From assembly GCA_004431415.1 (NCBI GenBank), contig QPMI01000261.1:1-64000 (forward strand): a stretch of 64,000 nt of DNA, read 5' to 3'. The translations under genes were made by a program, and so were the position numbers. The notes beneath the pieces are model-generated. The model was not told where the DNA came from. It saw only the letters and a list, made by a program, of their open reading frames with translations, and made no database searches. Source of the DNA: Cyanophora paradoxa CCMP329 (lineage: Eukaryota > Plantae > Glaucophyta). Positions 36,850-49,212 of the stretch are shown piece after piece. How positions within the stretch are numbered: position 1 is the stretch's first letter; each line of letters starts with the position of its first letter.

Positions 36850-38330
36850 ACAGCAGCCTTTTCGCTACATAGGGCAAGGTTCCAGGACGGGCCACCGGGT
36901 ATGTAGCCTAGTTTAGTGTACGTAGCCTAGTAGGTTCACACGATCGTCCAAAGGATCGATCAACCAGGCAAATCATCTCTGATCATGATCATGATCACCG
37001 CTGTGTCAGTGTTTCACTGAGTCATGTCCGTGACTTCAAGTAATGCAAGCCTTGAAAAATCACATGAGCTCGAGAATATGAATTTTCAAAAAGTTCCCGG
37101 AAACGTGCCAGGTTGCCAAGTGGGCAACTTGCCATTGCAATTGGCAGGCCGCTGACCCGCGCTGGGCCTCAAAAGTTCGAATACTCATGATCAGACTCTG
37201 AGAATGGAATCCGATCATGATCATGTTCAGTCTCTGGGGGGTGCGATGAATCGGGATCATGGAATCCGATCAGAATCCGAATCAGTATGATCATTGAATC
37301 GAACATGAACAGGTGCCTGCAGTCCGACGGTCACTGAGCCTCCGAGGGCTCGGATCCGGATCGGAGTGCCAGGACCCGGGAAACGTATACGAACTTTGAA
37401 GCCTTGAAGAGAGCCCCGGGTCGCGTGCACGTGCGGGGGCCGGACATTTATAATTACATGGCCTTTCAAAAGTGTGCCATGCCATGATGAGTGAGGATTG
37501 CCAACTGGCAATTGCAATTAGAACCGTTGAACGTTGACCGTTGCAATTGATCATGATCATGAACCTTGCAATTGTGAACCCGGCGAACCCAATTGGAACC
37601 TTGCCTTGATCATGAAGCTCAGCGCTAGCGGCTGTGACTCATTGGATCAGTCGGACGTGACCTGGTGAACTTGAGATCCGACCGTCGGACGGTCAATTCA
37701 AGTTTTCTGAACTTCGGAATAGTCTCTGGGGGGGTGCGGGGGGGCCCGGCCGCGGGGCGGAGCTGCTTGTTGGACGTGAACTTCAGTGATCATGAACCTT
37801 CGAACCGTTGCCAGCAATTGCAAGTTGAACCTTGCCAGGCTTCTAACTTAGTAAGTTGACCCGCTGGCCAGTTGGGTCAAGTTTAATTTAATTTTAAATT
37901 TGTACATGTGCATGCGCACGTGCCCTTCATGATCAGCTCTTTCATGCCCACTGCCTCCGCGACATCCACCGCGCCCTCCAGACCTATTTCCGGACCTGGT
38001 TCCCGCAACTGCCAAATTTCTGAGAAATACCGGAAATCGCCCCATCTAGGCTTCAGACGGGCCGGACGTTAGGCCCCATTTTCCCGCGCGAGAGCTGCAG
38101 CCCGCGGCCGGATAGTTTAATTCGTGCCCTAAACCATTGGTCATGAATCATTGAATCTTCGATCATCTTGTGGGCGACTCAGTGACTCGCGCGCGATCGG
38201 CGATGCGAGGGACCCACGGGCCACGACTGGCCCGGGTGAAAAAATGTTCAGCGGTGAAAAACTGCAGGTTTGGATTCCACTAGATCGGTACTAGGCATGA
38301 TCATGACATGATGGTTCAACGAACCGCTGT
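36850..38330. other. Low-GC, palindrome- and micro-repeat-rich intergenic block between convergent genes
   Basis: At least ten TGATCA, recurrent TCATGA, CAATTG and GAACC(G)TT motifs, and two copies of AGTCTCTGGGGGG(G)TGCG (37229, 37721); no credible ORF. Confidence 0.7.
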
Positions 38331-38418
38331 CTACTGACTGTTGTACATGTGGTTTCTGTGTGGGCACTGACATGCTTGAAGAAATGCTGCGGCGCAGCGT
38401 GCGCGGGCCGCCCGGCGG

Positions 38419-41400
38419 CTATGTGCGCGTTTTCTTCGCCTGTGACCCGCGATCCGCCTCCCGCTCCGCCCGCCCGATGCCCCCGTCAACCCCGGCCGCC
38501 GCCCCGCCCGGCGCCCGCTTCCCCCCCCCGCCGCCGCCGCCGCCGTCCTCGCCGCCGTCAGCGACGGCGGCGGCGCCGATGGCGGCCGGGCGGGGGTGCA
38601 GGAGGGCGCGAGGGCGCCGTCCGCCGAGGCGGGGTCGCCGCCGGCGCGGCGGGGCGTGGCGGGCCCCGCGGGGCCGGGCTCCTCGGGGCGGCTGCGGGAG
38701 GGCCCCGGCTGGGGCTCCCCCGTGGCGGAGGCGGGGGGCCGGGGGGCGACGTCGGGGGAGCGGTCGGCGGGGATGGCGTGCTGCTTGAGGATCTCGGGGG
38801 TGCTGGCGCGCGCGGCGGCCGCCTCGAGGACGATGACCTTGTCGTTCTCCAGCCGGAACGTCGCGTACTCCGCCTCGCACCCCTCGCACATCGACGCCAG
38901 CTCCCGCAGGTTCCTGCCCCCCGCCTCAGCCCCCCCGAGGCCCCGCCCCGCCCCCCCGCCCCGCCCACCGGATCTTCTTCCCGTTGAACTCGACGACCTG
39001 GACGTTGGCGCTGCGCGGGGCGCTCGGGGCTCGGGGCTCGGGGCGGGGCGGGACGGGGCGGGGCGGACAAGGCGAGCTGGTAGCCGATGTTGACGTTGGC
39101 GGCGAGGACCTGGCTGAGGAGCACCACCTGCTCCTCCACCTCGCTCAGCATCCCTGCGCCCCCGCCAGTCAGCGCCGCGTGGGGTGGGGTGGCGGGGCGG
39201 GGGGCGGGGCGGGGCGGGCCGTCGAGGGCGATGTTGCAGAGCTTGACGGGGGCCTTGGTCTCCCAGTCCTTCCCGTACTCGTTGCGCAGGTACGGCTGCG
39301 ACAGCGGCACGAACACCTGCCCCCGCCCCTGAGCCCCCGCCCCCTCGCTCCCCGGCCCCGCCGCCCGCACCAGGCCGGCGAAGATGTCTGGGGGTGCGGG
39401 GGTGAGGGGCGGGGGGCGGCGGGCGGGGGGCCGGGGGGCGGACAGTAGGAGGGGAGCTGGTCGTAGAGGTGGACGGGGACGAGCTGCCGCACGAGGTCCA
39501 CCATCACCGAGACCTCGAGCACCTGCCCGCCCCCCCGCTCGCCCCGCCTCGCCCCGGGGCCGGGGCGGGGCCGGGGGCGCGGGGGCGGGCCTGGCCGTCG
39601 CGGAGGAGGGTGAGGTGGCAGGAGTCGGAGATGAACTTCTGCGAGGTCAGGTACCGGAAGGCGATCCGCTCCCCCTTCCGGAACGGGATCGTCCCGTCGT
39701 TCGCCACCTCCACCCCTGCGGTGCGCGCTCGCCCGCGCTCCCCGCCCCGCGGCGGGCGGCGGGGGCGCGCCGTCGATGCGGAGGAGGACGTCGCCCTTGC
39801 GCAGGACCCGAGTCGCCGGCGCCAGCGGCTGCACCTTCGACACGTACACCCCCGTCTGCAGCCCCGTCGGAGCACGCGGGGCGGCGCCCGGCGAGGCGGG
39901 GCGGGGCGGGCGCACCATGCCGGGGGGCATCTGCAGGGAGCGGCGGAACTGCTCGTTCTCGAGGGCCTGCCCTGCGGGGCGCGTCGCCTCCCCGGGGGGC
40001 GCGGGGCGGGGCGGGGGGGCGGACAGTAGAAGCCGATGCTGCAGAGGCCGGTGTAGCGGCCTGCGGCGGCTGTGAGGGGGGGCGGGGCGCCCGGGGCCCC
40101 CTCTTGAGACGTTCTACGAGAAACTCGAATTCATGATCACCGTGGACGGCGATGTCCTTGAGGAAGTGCTCGATGACGGGCACCGGGATGATATCTGCCG
40201 CCCCCGCGTCACACGAGCCCAGGCGCCCCGCGCGGACCCGAGCTGACGCGCACATCCGATGTTGTCTGCACGCGGAGGGGGCGGGGGTGAGGGCGGGGTT
40301 GAGGGGGCGGGGGCGGGGGTGCGGGGCGGGACCGGCGTCGGCGAGGGTCTCGAAAGCGACGCCGATGACCTTGCCGTTTCGGAAGGCAGGCCCGCCGCTG
40401 TTCCCCGCGTTGATCGCCGCGTCGATCTGGATCGCCAGCAGCGACGACGCCGCGTGGCTGTACGTCTGGATCTCCACCCGGCTCACCACCCCGCCTGGCC
40501 CCGGCCCCGTCACCGCCCTGCTCCGTCCCCTGCCCTCCACCGGCTCCCGCGCTGCCCCGCAGCCCCCGCACCCGTCACGCTGATGTTGTCCCTGCGAGGA
40601 GGACGCGTGTCAGCGCGCTTCGGCGCAGGTGGCGGCTAGGCGCGTCTCAGTGCTGAGCGCACCCGCCGGTGGGATCTACGGGGGGCGGGGCGTCAGGGGC
40701 GGCGGGGTTGGGGGCGGGCGGGGGCCGCACAGCCGACGACGATGACGCTCTCCTGCAGGTTCTGGGGCCGGTGGGGTGAGGCGCGGAGAGGGGGTAGGGG
40801 CGGGCGGCGGGGGGGAGGGCGGGGGGGCGGGCCACGCACCGGGACGCCCCCGAACTCGAGAGGGATGACTCGGTGCCTGGCGCGGGGTGAGCGGGTGAGG
40901 GGGGTTGGGGGCGGGGCGGGGCGGGCCAGAAGTGGTCGGTGTCGACGGTGAGGATGGCGAGGTCGAGCTCGTGGCCGACGGCGAGCACCCGCGCCGTCAC
41001 CTTCTCCGGCGACCCGTGCTTCCGCACCAGCACCGACGTCTGCCCCGCACCTCACGCCCCGCCCCCGCCCCGCCCCCGCCCCCGCCACCCGCACCTGGTT
41101 CGCGATTCCGTGCGCTGCCGGCCGGCGCCCGGCGGTGAGCACGCGGGGGAGCGGGCTGCCGCGCTCGAGGGGGAAATAATACCGTTTGTGATGATCCTCC
41201 GCCCGCTGATGACGAAGCCGCTAGCTGTTGTCTTCATTTGCCTGAGGCGCCGGTCAGAATTCAAGATACGTACGTGCTGCGCACCGAGCCCTTGCACCGT
41301 TTCTGCACGAAGTATGAGAACAGCGCCCTTAAGAGTGCCGGTTTCGCACGGCACGAACCATTTGCCAAGGCATGGAGTAGTTCGGACTCGTCACCACGCA

Positions 41401-41925
41401 GAAAACCTGCACACACACGCGCGCGTCAGCGCTGCTTCGAGCCCCGCTGTGCAGAAACCCTGACCTTCACTATCGATTCCAGTGGAAGGTCGTCCAGAAG
41501 CGTTCTGCTGCAAGGACAAGTGCGTCAGAATGCAGTCCATGGTCAACACAAGATACGTCAGGAAGGAAGCAGAATAAAGAGCTGTACTCGCGCTTGCGCG
41601 ACTCACTTCCCATCTCCAAGGATCAGCTGGGGCGGAGCGTGATGCTGCGCAGTCTGCACGCGACAAGACATCACCGCGTTAGCTTCCATAACACTTGGTT
41701 CGCGGAGCAAAATCCCTGCGAACCGCAGTGGGGCTGACGCTCATGGGGTCGCCCTGTCTCCGGCTATGCGCCTACGAACGGTCATCAAGCGCTGCAACGA
41801 AGGATGCCGCGAACGACTGCCCCCTCCCGAGGTGCTCGAAAGCCGCGTGCTTCGGGATGTTCCGTGCGCGCCCTAACCGCGTTCTGGGCGCGTACACGCA
41901 CCAGCGTGTCATTATCGACCTCCAT
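38419..41925 (-). CDS. Deg/HtrA serine protease with PDZ domains (plant DEG2/9/10 type)
   Basis: [22 protein letters not shown]|[28 protein letters not shown] (catalytic H, D, S); PDZ regions [20 protein letters not shown]|[19 protein letters not shown]. The 3' end is ambiguous (38419 with one frameshift, or 38331). Confidence 0.93.
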
Positions 41926-42193
41926 GCGAGCTAGGCTCGCCGAAGGACTCGGGTGGGGCCTCGCCTCTGCCTCGCTCGCGGAGCTGCTGAAAAGAAAACC
42001 CCTCACCGGAGTCGAGCCTTCAATTCGGGGGTCGGGGGGGATAGGGGGGGGGGTCAATCCCGAACTATACTTCTCTACCCAGGGATACCCGCTCGGCCCG
42101 ACGAGTCTCGGTCGGCGTGGTTGTTCTCCGTCTTCAGCACAGCTATTCGGCCTTTGCTAGCTATTCGGCATTTGCTGGCATAGCTAGATACAG

Positions 42194-43114
42194 ATGCCAG
42201 ACCCGCGACTGCAGCTGCAGCTCGCTCACTATGCGTCGCAGCTTGCGCAGCTCAATCCGGCCGCCGCACAAAACTCGACGTTCTTACAGGGCTTTTCGGC
42301 TGGTTTGTTCGCGGCGCTGCAGCACGCAATGAAGCAAAATGTCGATTCCAGCGGGGCAGCGCACAGCGTTGCGCTGCGCGTCCAGGAGGAGCTCAGGCAT
42401 TTATCTGACACGCGGCTACGCCCCCTGGAGCTTCGTGTAAACGAGCTGCAGGGCGCCCTGCGTGCGTTCAAATGTCGATATAGATGCCAGAACGCACGTT
42501 CGCTCACTCTCTCTCAGACGAGCTGCTGCGGGCGACGGAAAGAGACGCGAGCGCGTTTCGCGAGTCGAGCGCGCGGCTGGAGCGGCTGGAGCGCGAGCGG
42601 CTGGAGTCGAGCACAGCCTTTGGTTTCATCCGCTGGGCCTGTTTAGCCAGCTGCCGCGCCGCCGCCACCGCCGTCTCAGGCCTTGTTAGCCAGCTGCCAG
42701 CCTTCCTTGAGCCCCGCCCCGGCGCTCTCGCCCGCGCCTCCCGCATCCTCTGCGCCCTCCTCGTCGTCGAGGCCGTGGACCGGTGCGCGGCCTGCGCCCA
42801 CGCGCGGCGCCGGGCGACGGGGCGGGTGCAGGGGTGCGGGGCGGGTGGCGGTGGCGGGGCGGGCGGTGCGGGTGCAGGTGCGGCTGGCGCGGCTCGTGCT
42901 CTTCTGGCTCGTCGTGTGCGAGCTGCTGCGCGGGGCCGAGCTCCTCCGCGGCGCCGCGTGGCGCCTCCTCCCCGCGAGCCCGCGCCCCGCCCCCGACAGC
43001 GCCCGCTCCCTCCTCTCCGCCGCCCCCTCATCCCCCGGCGCCCCCCGCACGCCCTCCCCCGCCCCCTCCCGCGGCCGCGGCAAGCCCGGCGCCCGCCGCA
43101 GCTGCCCCCGATGA
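42194..43114 (+). CDS. Hypothetical coiled-coil protein with C-terminal hydrophobic segments
   Basis: Spliceable frames: MPDPRLQLQLAHY...LRPLELRVNELQ|DELLRATER...RLERLERERLE; hydrophobic ILCALLVVEAV and LARLVLFWLVVCELL. No family recognised. Confidence 0.6.
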
Positions 43115-43267
43115 CACCCTCTCCGTCCCTCGAGGCTCGCTCCGCGCCAAGCGTCCAATAGCCGCGAGACTGGGGATTCGAATACTGTGCGTCCGGCGGG
43201 GCGAGTATCGTGCGCGGGCACAGGAGGGGGCGGGGGGAGGGGGGCGGAGAGGGGCGGGGGCGGGGCG

Positions 43268-45014
43268 CTAGCGGGGGAGGAGGGCGGCGATGGCGGGGAA
43301 GTCGACGTCGGGGGAGGGGGCCCAGCCTTCCCAGAGGCGGCGCCCGGGCCCCGGGAGCTGGCGGATGAAGGCGACGTTCTGCGCGAAGTAGCCGGCCTCC
43401 GCCCAGTCCACCATCTCCTCCGCGCTGTGCGGCCCGAACGTCTCGGGGTTCTCCGCGCTGCCCCAACGGAACTCGAACCTCGGCAGCGCCTCCCCCGCCC
43501 CCGGCCCCGCCCCTGCCCCCGCCGGGGAGGCGGCGGGGGTGGGCGGCGCCGCCGACGGGGGCGGAGGCATGGGGTACGCGGGCCCGGGCTGCTTCGCGGG
43601 GGGGACTCTGAGGTCGACGTGGCCCTGGGGGCGGTCGGCGGGGTGGGGGAGGCGGGGGCGCGGCGCGGCTGCGGATCAAGCGCGGACCTCGTCCCCGAGG
43701 GCGACGCTGATGACGCGCGCCCCGCCGGCCTGCGGCGGCGCCATCTGCCGCATCGTCCCGTCCTCCGTCGCGTCGTCTGCGCCGCGCCGGGCGCCTCAGG
43801 CGGGGCGGGGGGGCGGGGCGGGGCCGGGGCGGCGGGGCACCGGTGGCGGTGGGGTCCTCGTCCACGAGGCCCCCCGGCGGCGCCGTCATCGTCTGCCCCC
43901 GCCCTCAGCCGGCGCCGCGCGGCGGGGCCGGCGGGGGCAGTCGCGCGCACGCTGTCGGAGCGGGCGAGCTGGCGGGCCGCGGGTCAGGAGGCGGGGGAGG
44001 AGTCGGGGAGGGGAGCGGGGTGGGACCTGGTTGAGGGGGTGGTCGGCCGGCTGGTCCCAGAGGCGGGAGTAGGTGCCGAGCTGGGACTGCACGTGGGGTC
44101 CTCGAGGTTCTGCGGAGGCCGGTGAGGGCGGGGGCCGGGGCGGGGAGCCGGGGCGGGGGCGCGCCTCAAGGAAGCGGGGCCCGAGGGAGGCGAGCTTCTG
44201 CGCGAACGCCGGATCCATCGTGAACGCCACCTGCCCGCCCCCGCATTCAGCCGCGCGCCCCGCCCCGCCCGGCCCCGCTCCGCCCACCTTGCAGTGCAGC
44301 TTTGTGATCAGCTGCGCGGCCGTCAGCGCCGGCGCGGGCGGGGGGGGGGGGGGTGGGGGGGGGGGGAGGGGGGCGGGTCCGGGGGCGGGGCGCCTTGTCG
44401 GAGTTCTCGGGCTTGAGGGGGAACCAGGTGTCGATGGCGCGCTTCTCGAGGACCATCTTGGCGAAGAAGCAGATGACGGAGCCGAGCACCTTGTGCTTCT
44501 TCTTCGACCCGTTCACCACGTCCAGCCGCAGCGCCTGCGCCCCGCCTCGCACCGGCGCGCCCCCGCCGCAGCCGCGCGGCCGGCGCAGCGCACGGGGTCC
44601 ATGTCCTCCGTCACCTTGACCTCGAACTTCTCGCCCCAGCGCGGGGCCTTCTCCTTGCACACTTGCGTCTTCATCGAGGGGAGATTCGCCAGCGAGAGCC
44701 GGATGTACGGGTACACGCGCGATCCCAACCAGCTCTTCTTGATCTGGGAGACCCGGGGGGAGCGCGGGGGGATCTCTCAATCCAGGCGGCGGTCCGCATG
44801 GGGAGGAGGAAAGCGGACCTTCTCGCACTCGAGAACCTCCACGTGCAGGGTGCCAGCCACATGCACCTGGTGGGGAGGCGGGGAAGAATAAACGCGATGC
44901 GGCCAACCGCTGCCGCCGCGCCGCCGCCGGACGCTGGAGGCGGATGACCTGGTGAGGGAGGATGAACGCGGTGCGGCCCGCCGGCGTGGCGCGCGGAATC
45001 TCTGGCGCGTCCAT
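43268..45014 (-). CDS. C2 domain + GYF domain protein
   Basis: C2: GTLHVEVLECEK|IKK...YPYIRLSL...KTQVCKEKAPRWGEKFEVKV...LRLDVVN...VLGSV...DTWFPL; C-terminal GYF: FEFRWGSAENPETFGPHSAEEMVDWAEAGYF. Confidence 0.78.
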
Positions 45015-45665
45015 GCTGCCTTCGCCGACGTGCGAGCAGCTGTTTTACGAATTTTAGCGCGCCTGAACCTGGACGGGTTGGGTGAGTTGGGCGAGTTGTT
45101 GTGAATTCCACCCGGCGGCTGCTTAGCTAGTCACCGCCTGCCGATCGCAGCACCTCAAAAGCGAATCGAGGAGAGCGCACGAGTTCCAACGCCGCGTTCG
45201 TCCCGGAGTTCGCGCTCTTCGCTCTAGCTTCGTCGTGCAGTCTTATAAGAGCGTAGTGCGCTGGTGCAAACCAGCGTGCGAAGCTTAAGATCTAGAGGGT
45301 TAAACGCGTAACACCCTGCGAGCTCGCTGGCCGGCGGTTTACCGGAACTCCGACTGTATCACGGGGGCAGCGTACCCCGGGACGCGCTGCGCGGCCTGCG
45401 CCGCCTGCGCGGCGGTCTGCGCCACGCCGACAGACGTGCGCGTGCTTACGTTAGATGCTGTTCGAAGACGTCGACCACCGCGCGCAAAGGCCGTGCCACC
45501 CATAGCGCTAGCTAGCTATCTCTGTTCACGTGCACACTGTGACAGCGTCGACATCGTTGCGTGTGCGTGTATGTAGTGGTAGCGTGTCACAGGCCGTGTT
45601 TGTTCAATGCAAGCTATGCGAGTAGGAGTATTCGTGGGGGCCGGGCGCGTACGCGTGTGCCCAGC

Positions 45666-47247
45666 TCAGCTCGGCCTGCGGGCACGCTCGATGAAGACGG
45701 TCGGGGAAGAGAGGACGCCAGCCTTCTCCAGCGGCATCGTCCGGTCCGCGAACACCCGCCTGCAGAGCCCCGCCCGCGCCCGGTGAGGCGCGCCCCCGCC
45801 CCGCGTGCCTGGGCAAGTGCGCACCGAGGGACCTTGGCGATGAGCACGAAGTCGCTCTGCTTGTACCCGTATGCCTGCGGGACGCGGGGTCAGGCGGGGC
45901 GGGCGTGCGGGCGGGCGGCGGGGCGGGCGGGCCTCGGTGAAGTCGTAGAGGGCCTGCACGGGGTCCTGCCGCTGGAAGCGCCGCTGCAGCCGCCGGCCGT
46001 CCGGGCACTGGAACACGATCGCAATGTTCCCCGTCCCCGCCGGCGGCTCCGGAGGCGGCCCCGCGGGGACGGCCGCGCCGCGGCCGAGGGCGCGAAGCGT
46101 TGCAGAGGCGGGCGGGGCGAGGGGGAGGGAGGTGATGGGGCCGTGGGCCGGGGGCAGCGCGGAGGACGGCTTCCACTTCATCCCCCGCGCCTCCACCGCC
46201 AGCGAGCTGCTCGCCGGCCGCCCCGGCAGCGTCGCCCCCGCCGCCGGGCCCAGCTGCACGCTGAACGTCGGGGCCAGCGGGCCGCCGCCGGCCGGCGCAG
46301 TCCGGAGCAGCGCGCTCGCGGGGGCGGCGGCGGCGGCGGCCTGGAGGTGCAGCTGCTGCATGCGCTGCTCGAGGGGCGCGCCGGCGACGGCGGCGTGCGG
46401 GCTGCCGTTGGCCTCCGGCGCGCGCGGCGAGGCGTGCGTGTCCGGCATCAGGCGCCGCCGCTCCTGCTCCCAGCGCCGCAGCTGCCGCACGAAACCAAAC
46501 TGCGCCCCTTTCAGAGGCGGCCCCCGATCCGCGCGGCGGAGGGGCGCGGCGCGGAGGGGCGCGGCGGGGGAACGGACGTTGGGGTTCACTGCGGGGGCGC
46601 GGGGGTCGGCGGGGGCGGGGGGCGGGGCGGGGTGCGGGGCGGGGCACCGATGGGGCGGGCGCGGCGGAGGCGGGAGAGGGCGGCGTCGAAGCCCTCGTCG
46701 AAGTGGCGCATGAGGTAGGCGAGGACGGCGGTGGCGCTGCGGGAGATGCCGGCCTGGCAGTGCACGAGGACGCCCCCCGCGGCGCGCCCGCCCTCGATGA
46801 AGTGGCACATGTCCGGGAACTTGGAGTACAGCTCCTCGCTCGGCAGGTCCAGGATCGGGATCACCTTGTGGTGCATCCCCTTCCCGTACGAGAGCGCCCG
46901 CCCCTCCGTGCACACCGACAGCACGTCTGCGCCCCTCCCGACCCTCAGCGCCCCGCCCCTCCGCTCCGGGGGGGAGGGCCGGCGCAACGGGTGACTCCGG
47001 CCCTCCGCAGGCTCTCCCGGTCCTGCGCGGCATAGCCGACGGTCAAGCGGGCAGAGGCCTGGGCCAATCTGCGCGGGCAGCCGACCTGAGCAGCATAGAA
47101 GCTGCGCCGGCTGTCAGAAAAGCGGAGCGGTGCGCCGGCGCGGGCAGAGATTCACCTTCCGATGTGCAGGCCTGGAGCCACCGTGTTCGCAAAGCGCGGG
47201 GTGTTCGTCAGGCCGCTCGGGATGGGCCCAGCACCGTACGGCGCCAT
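45666..47247 (-). CDS. Dual-specificity phosphatase fused to a C-terminal UBX domain
   Basis: DUSP: VAPGLHIG, ILDLPSEEL, VLVHCQAGISRSATAVLAYLM, RPI|VNPN|FGFVRQL; UBX: IAIVFQCPDGRRLQRRFQRQDPVQALYDF...FVLIAKVPR|RVF...PLEKAGV. Confidence 0.87.
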
Positions 47248-47309
47248 GACTGAGCTAGCTGGACGCTGGAAGTTGCCGAAAGGCGCGGGGGAAACGCCTC
47301 CCAGCACCA

Positions 47310-49212
47310 ATGCCAGCTCAGGCGGCGCGACCAGGCGTGGTACGAGGCAGCAGGCTGGCTCAACAGTGAGAGTACAGCTCTATATCACTGGACTCAGTGT
47401 GACTGGTCCGTAGCTCTGCCGCGACTAAGCGAATCGAGCCGTTCGAGAAAGGCACCCGGAACGCGGAGGGGTTGCAGCCGACGATGCGCGGCACTAGCTA
47501 AGATGGCGAGAAGCTACTGCAGGCGGGCAGCTCGGACGCGCTCTAACCGCCGCTACCGCTCCAGGCGTTCCTTGCAGCCCGGGTACGCGTGTCTGCAGAA
47601 AAAAAAGCGCGGGAATCGTGCCCGGCCGCTGCTCGCCCGGCCCCTCTCACCTTCCGATACGCCCCAGCTAGAAGACACCGTGCAGCCCCGTGCAGCCAAG
47701 CCGGCTGCGGCAGAGAACAAGAAGCGATCCAGGCTAGATCGAGAGAAATTTGAAGTACGACGCGAGGAACAGCAGCACGCGGCGGCGGAATGAGCTTCTT
47801 CTCGCGCGGCGCCCTCGACGGCGTGGGCCGCGAGCGTCGGGTGCGGGCTGCTCGCCGACGTAGGGAGCCGGATCTAACACCGCACCCCAGGAAAGCGCTG
47901 CAATATCTATACAGGCACGATGGCGCGGCCACACAGCGCGGCGGCGTCTCGAGGCGCTGAACGGAGTCGTTGCCTTCATGCAGGCGTGCCCTCCCCTTTC
48001 TGGAGCATGCAGCTTGGCTTGGACGGCTGATTGCATCTCTTGTAGGCGCTGTATCGCGGTCGGCTTCGCCGACGAGCCTTCTTGCGGCACCTGCGGACGA
48101 TCAAGGAGTTCAGACAAGCGCAACAGAAGCAGATGCTGATTGAACGGAGGAGAAAGAAGTGCGACCGCGCTACTTGGCTGGCGTATGGGCTCGCTGACAG
48201 GTGGGCGACAGGCGGCAGGCGGAGCTGGAGAAGCTGCAGAGCGCGGCGCCGGGCGAGATCCCCAAGTTCGTCAACGCGGACGACGCCGCGGCAAAGAAGA
48301 TCCAGGCCCGCGCCTGCCGCCGCCGCTTCCCCCCTCCGCACCTCATCTGTGCCAGCAGGCCGTGTGGAGGAGGCGAAGGGCGAGGCTGCTCTTCCAGCGG
48401 GACCCGCGCACGCGGGAGCAGGTCAGCGCCGGTCCTGCGTCCCCTGCAGGGCGCCGGCGATGGGGCGGCAGCACGGTGCGGCGGCCGTGATCCAGCGGTC
48501 GTTCCGGTGGTGGCGGCGGGGCCGGCGGAACGCGCTGGCGGCCTCGCGGCGGGCGGAGCAGGTGAAGAACTCGATGGCGACGATCGACCAGCTCCTCTCC
48601 AACGTCAAGAACAAGCTCTCCCCCGAGCGGTGCCGCCGCGGCGCGCGCCCTGCCGGCGGTACAACCAGGCTTACGGGGCGGCAGGGTGAAGGAGCTGCAG
48701 AAGACGATCCTGCAGCGGCGGCGCGAGTTCGTGCTCGCCTCTCCCGAGGAGCTCGCCGAGGCACGCCCCGCCCCGCCCGCCCCACCCCGCCCCGGCGGCC
48801 GCGCGCCGAGGGCGGGGCAGCTCCAGGGGCGGGTGGAGGAGGGCCTGCGCCGCTGGGCGCCGCTGCGGGCGGTGCGGGAGGCCGTCGCGGGGCGCCGCGA
48901 GGCGCTCCTGCGCGACACTGCCGCCTCTTCGACCGCCTCTCCCGTCCGCTCCGCCCGCCCCGCCCGACCGCCTCTGCAGCCGCCGACGGCGCCGCAGAGC
49001 CGCTGCGGCCGGCGTCGCTGGGGAGGCGGGGCGGAGGGGTGCCCGAGGGGGCGCCCCCGCGCCGGCGGCGGACCGGCTCGCAGAGGCCCGCCGCCTGCAC
49101 CAGCGCGCCTGCCTCATGGCGCAGCCGGGCCAGGTGCACACCGCCTCGCCCCCGCCGCCGGCCCGCCCCGCTGACCCCCCACCAGGCCTGGCGCCGCTTC
49201 CTTGACGAGTGA
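47310..49212 (+). CDS. IQCB1: IQ-motif protein, IQCB1/NPHP5-like (ciliary transition zone)
   Basis: AAISIQARWRGHTARRRLEALNGVVAFMQ|ALYRG, LEKLQSAAPGEIPKF, AAAKKIQ|AVWRR, AAAVIQRSFR, LSPER|VKELQKTI, RREALLRD and terminal AWRRFLDE follow the order of motifs in the IQCB1 C-terminal half. Start inferred. Confidence 0.75.

Noticed and set aside
37060-38045. Short ORFs in the low-GC island
   Set aside because: They are MIMI-type translations of TGATCA repeats, without the host codon bias or any domain motif.
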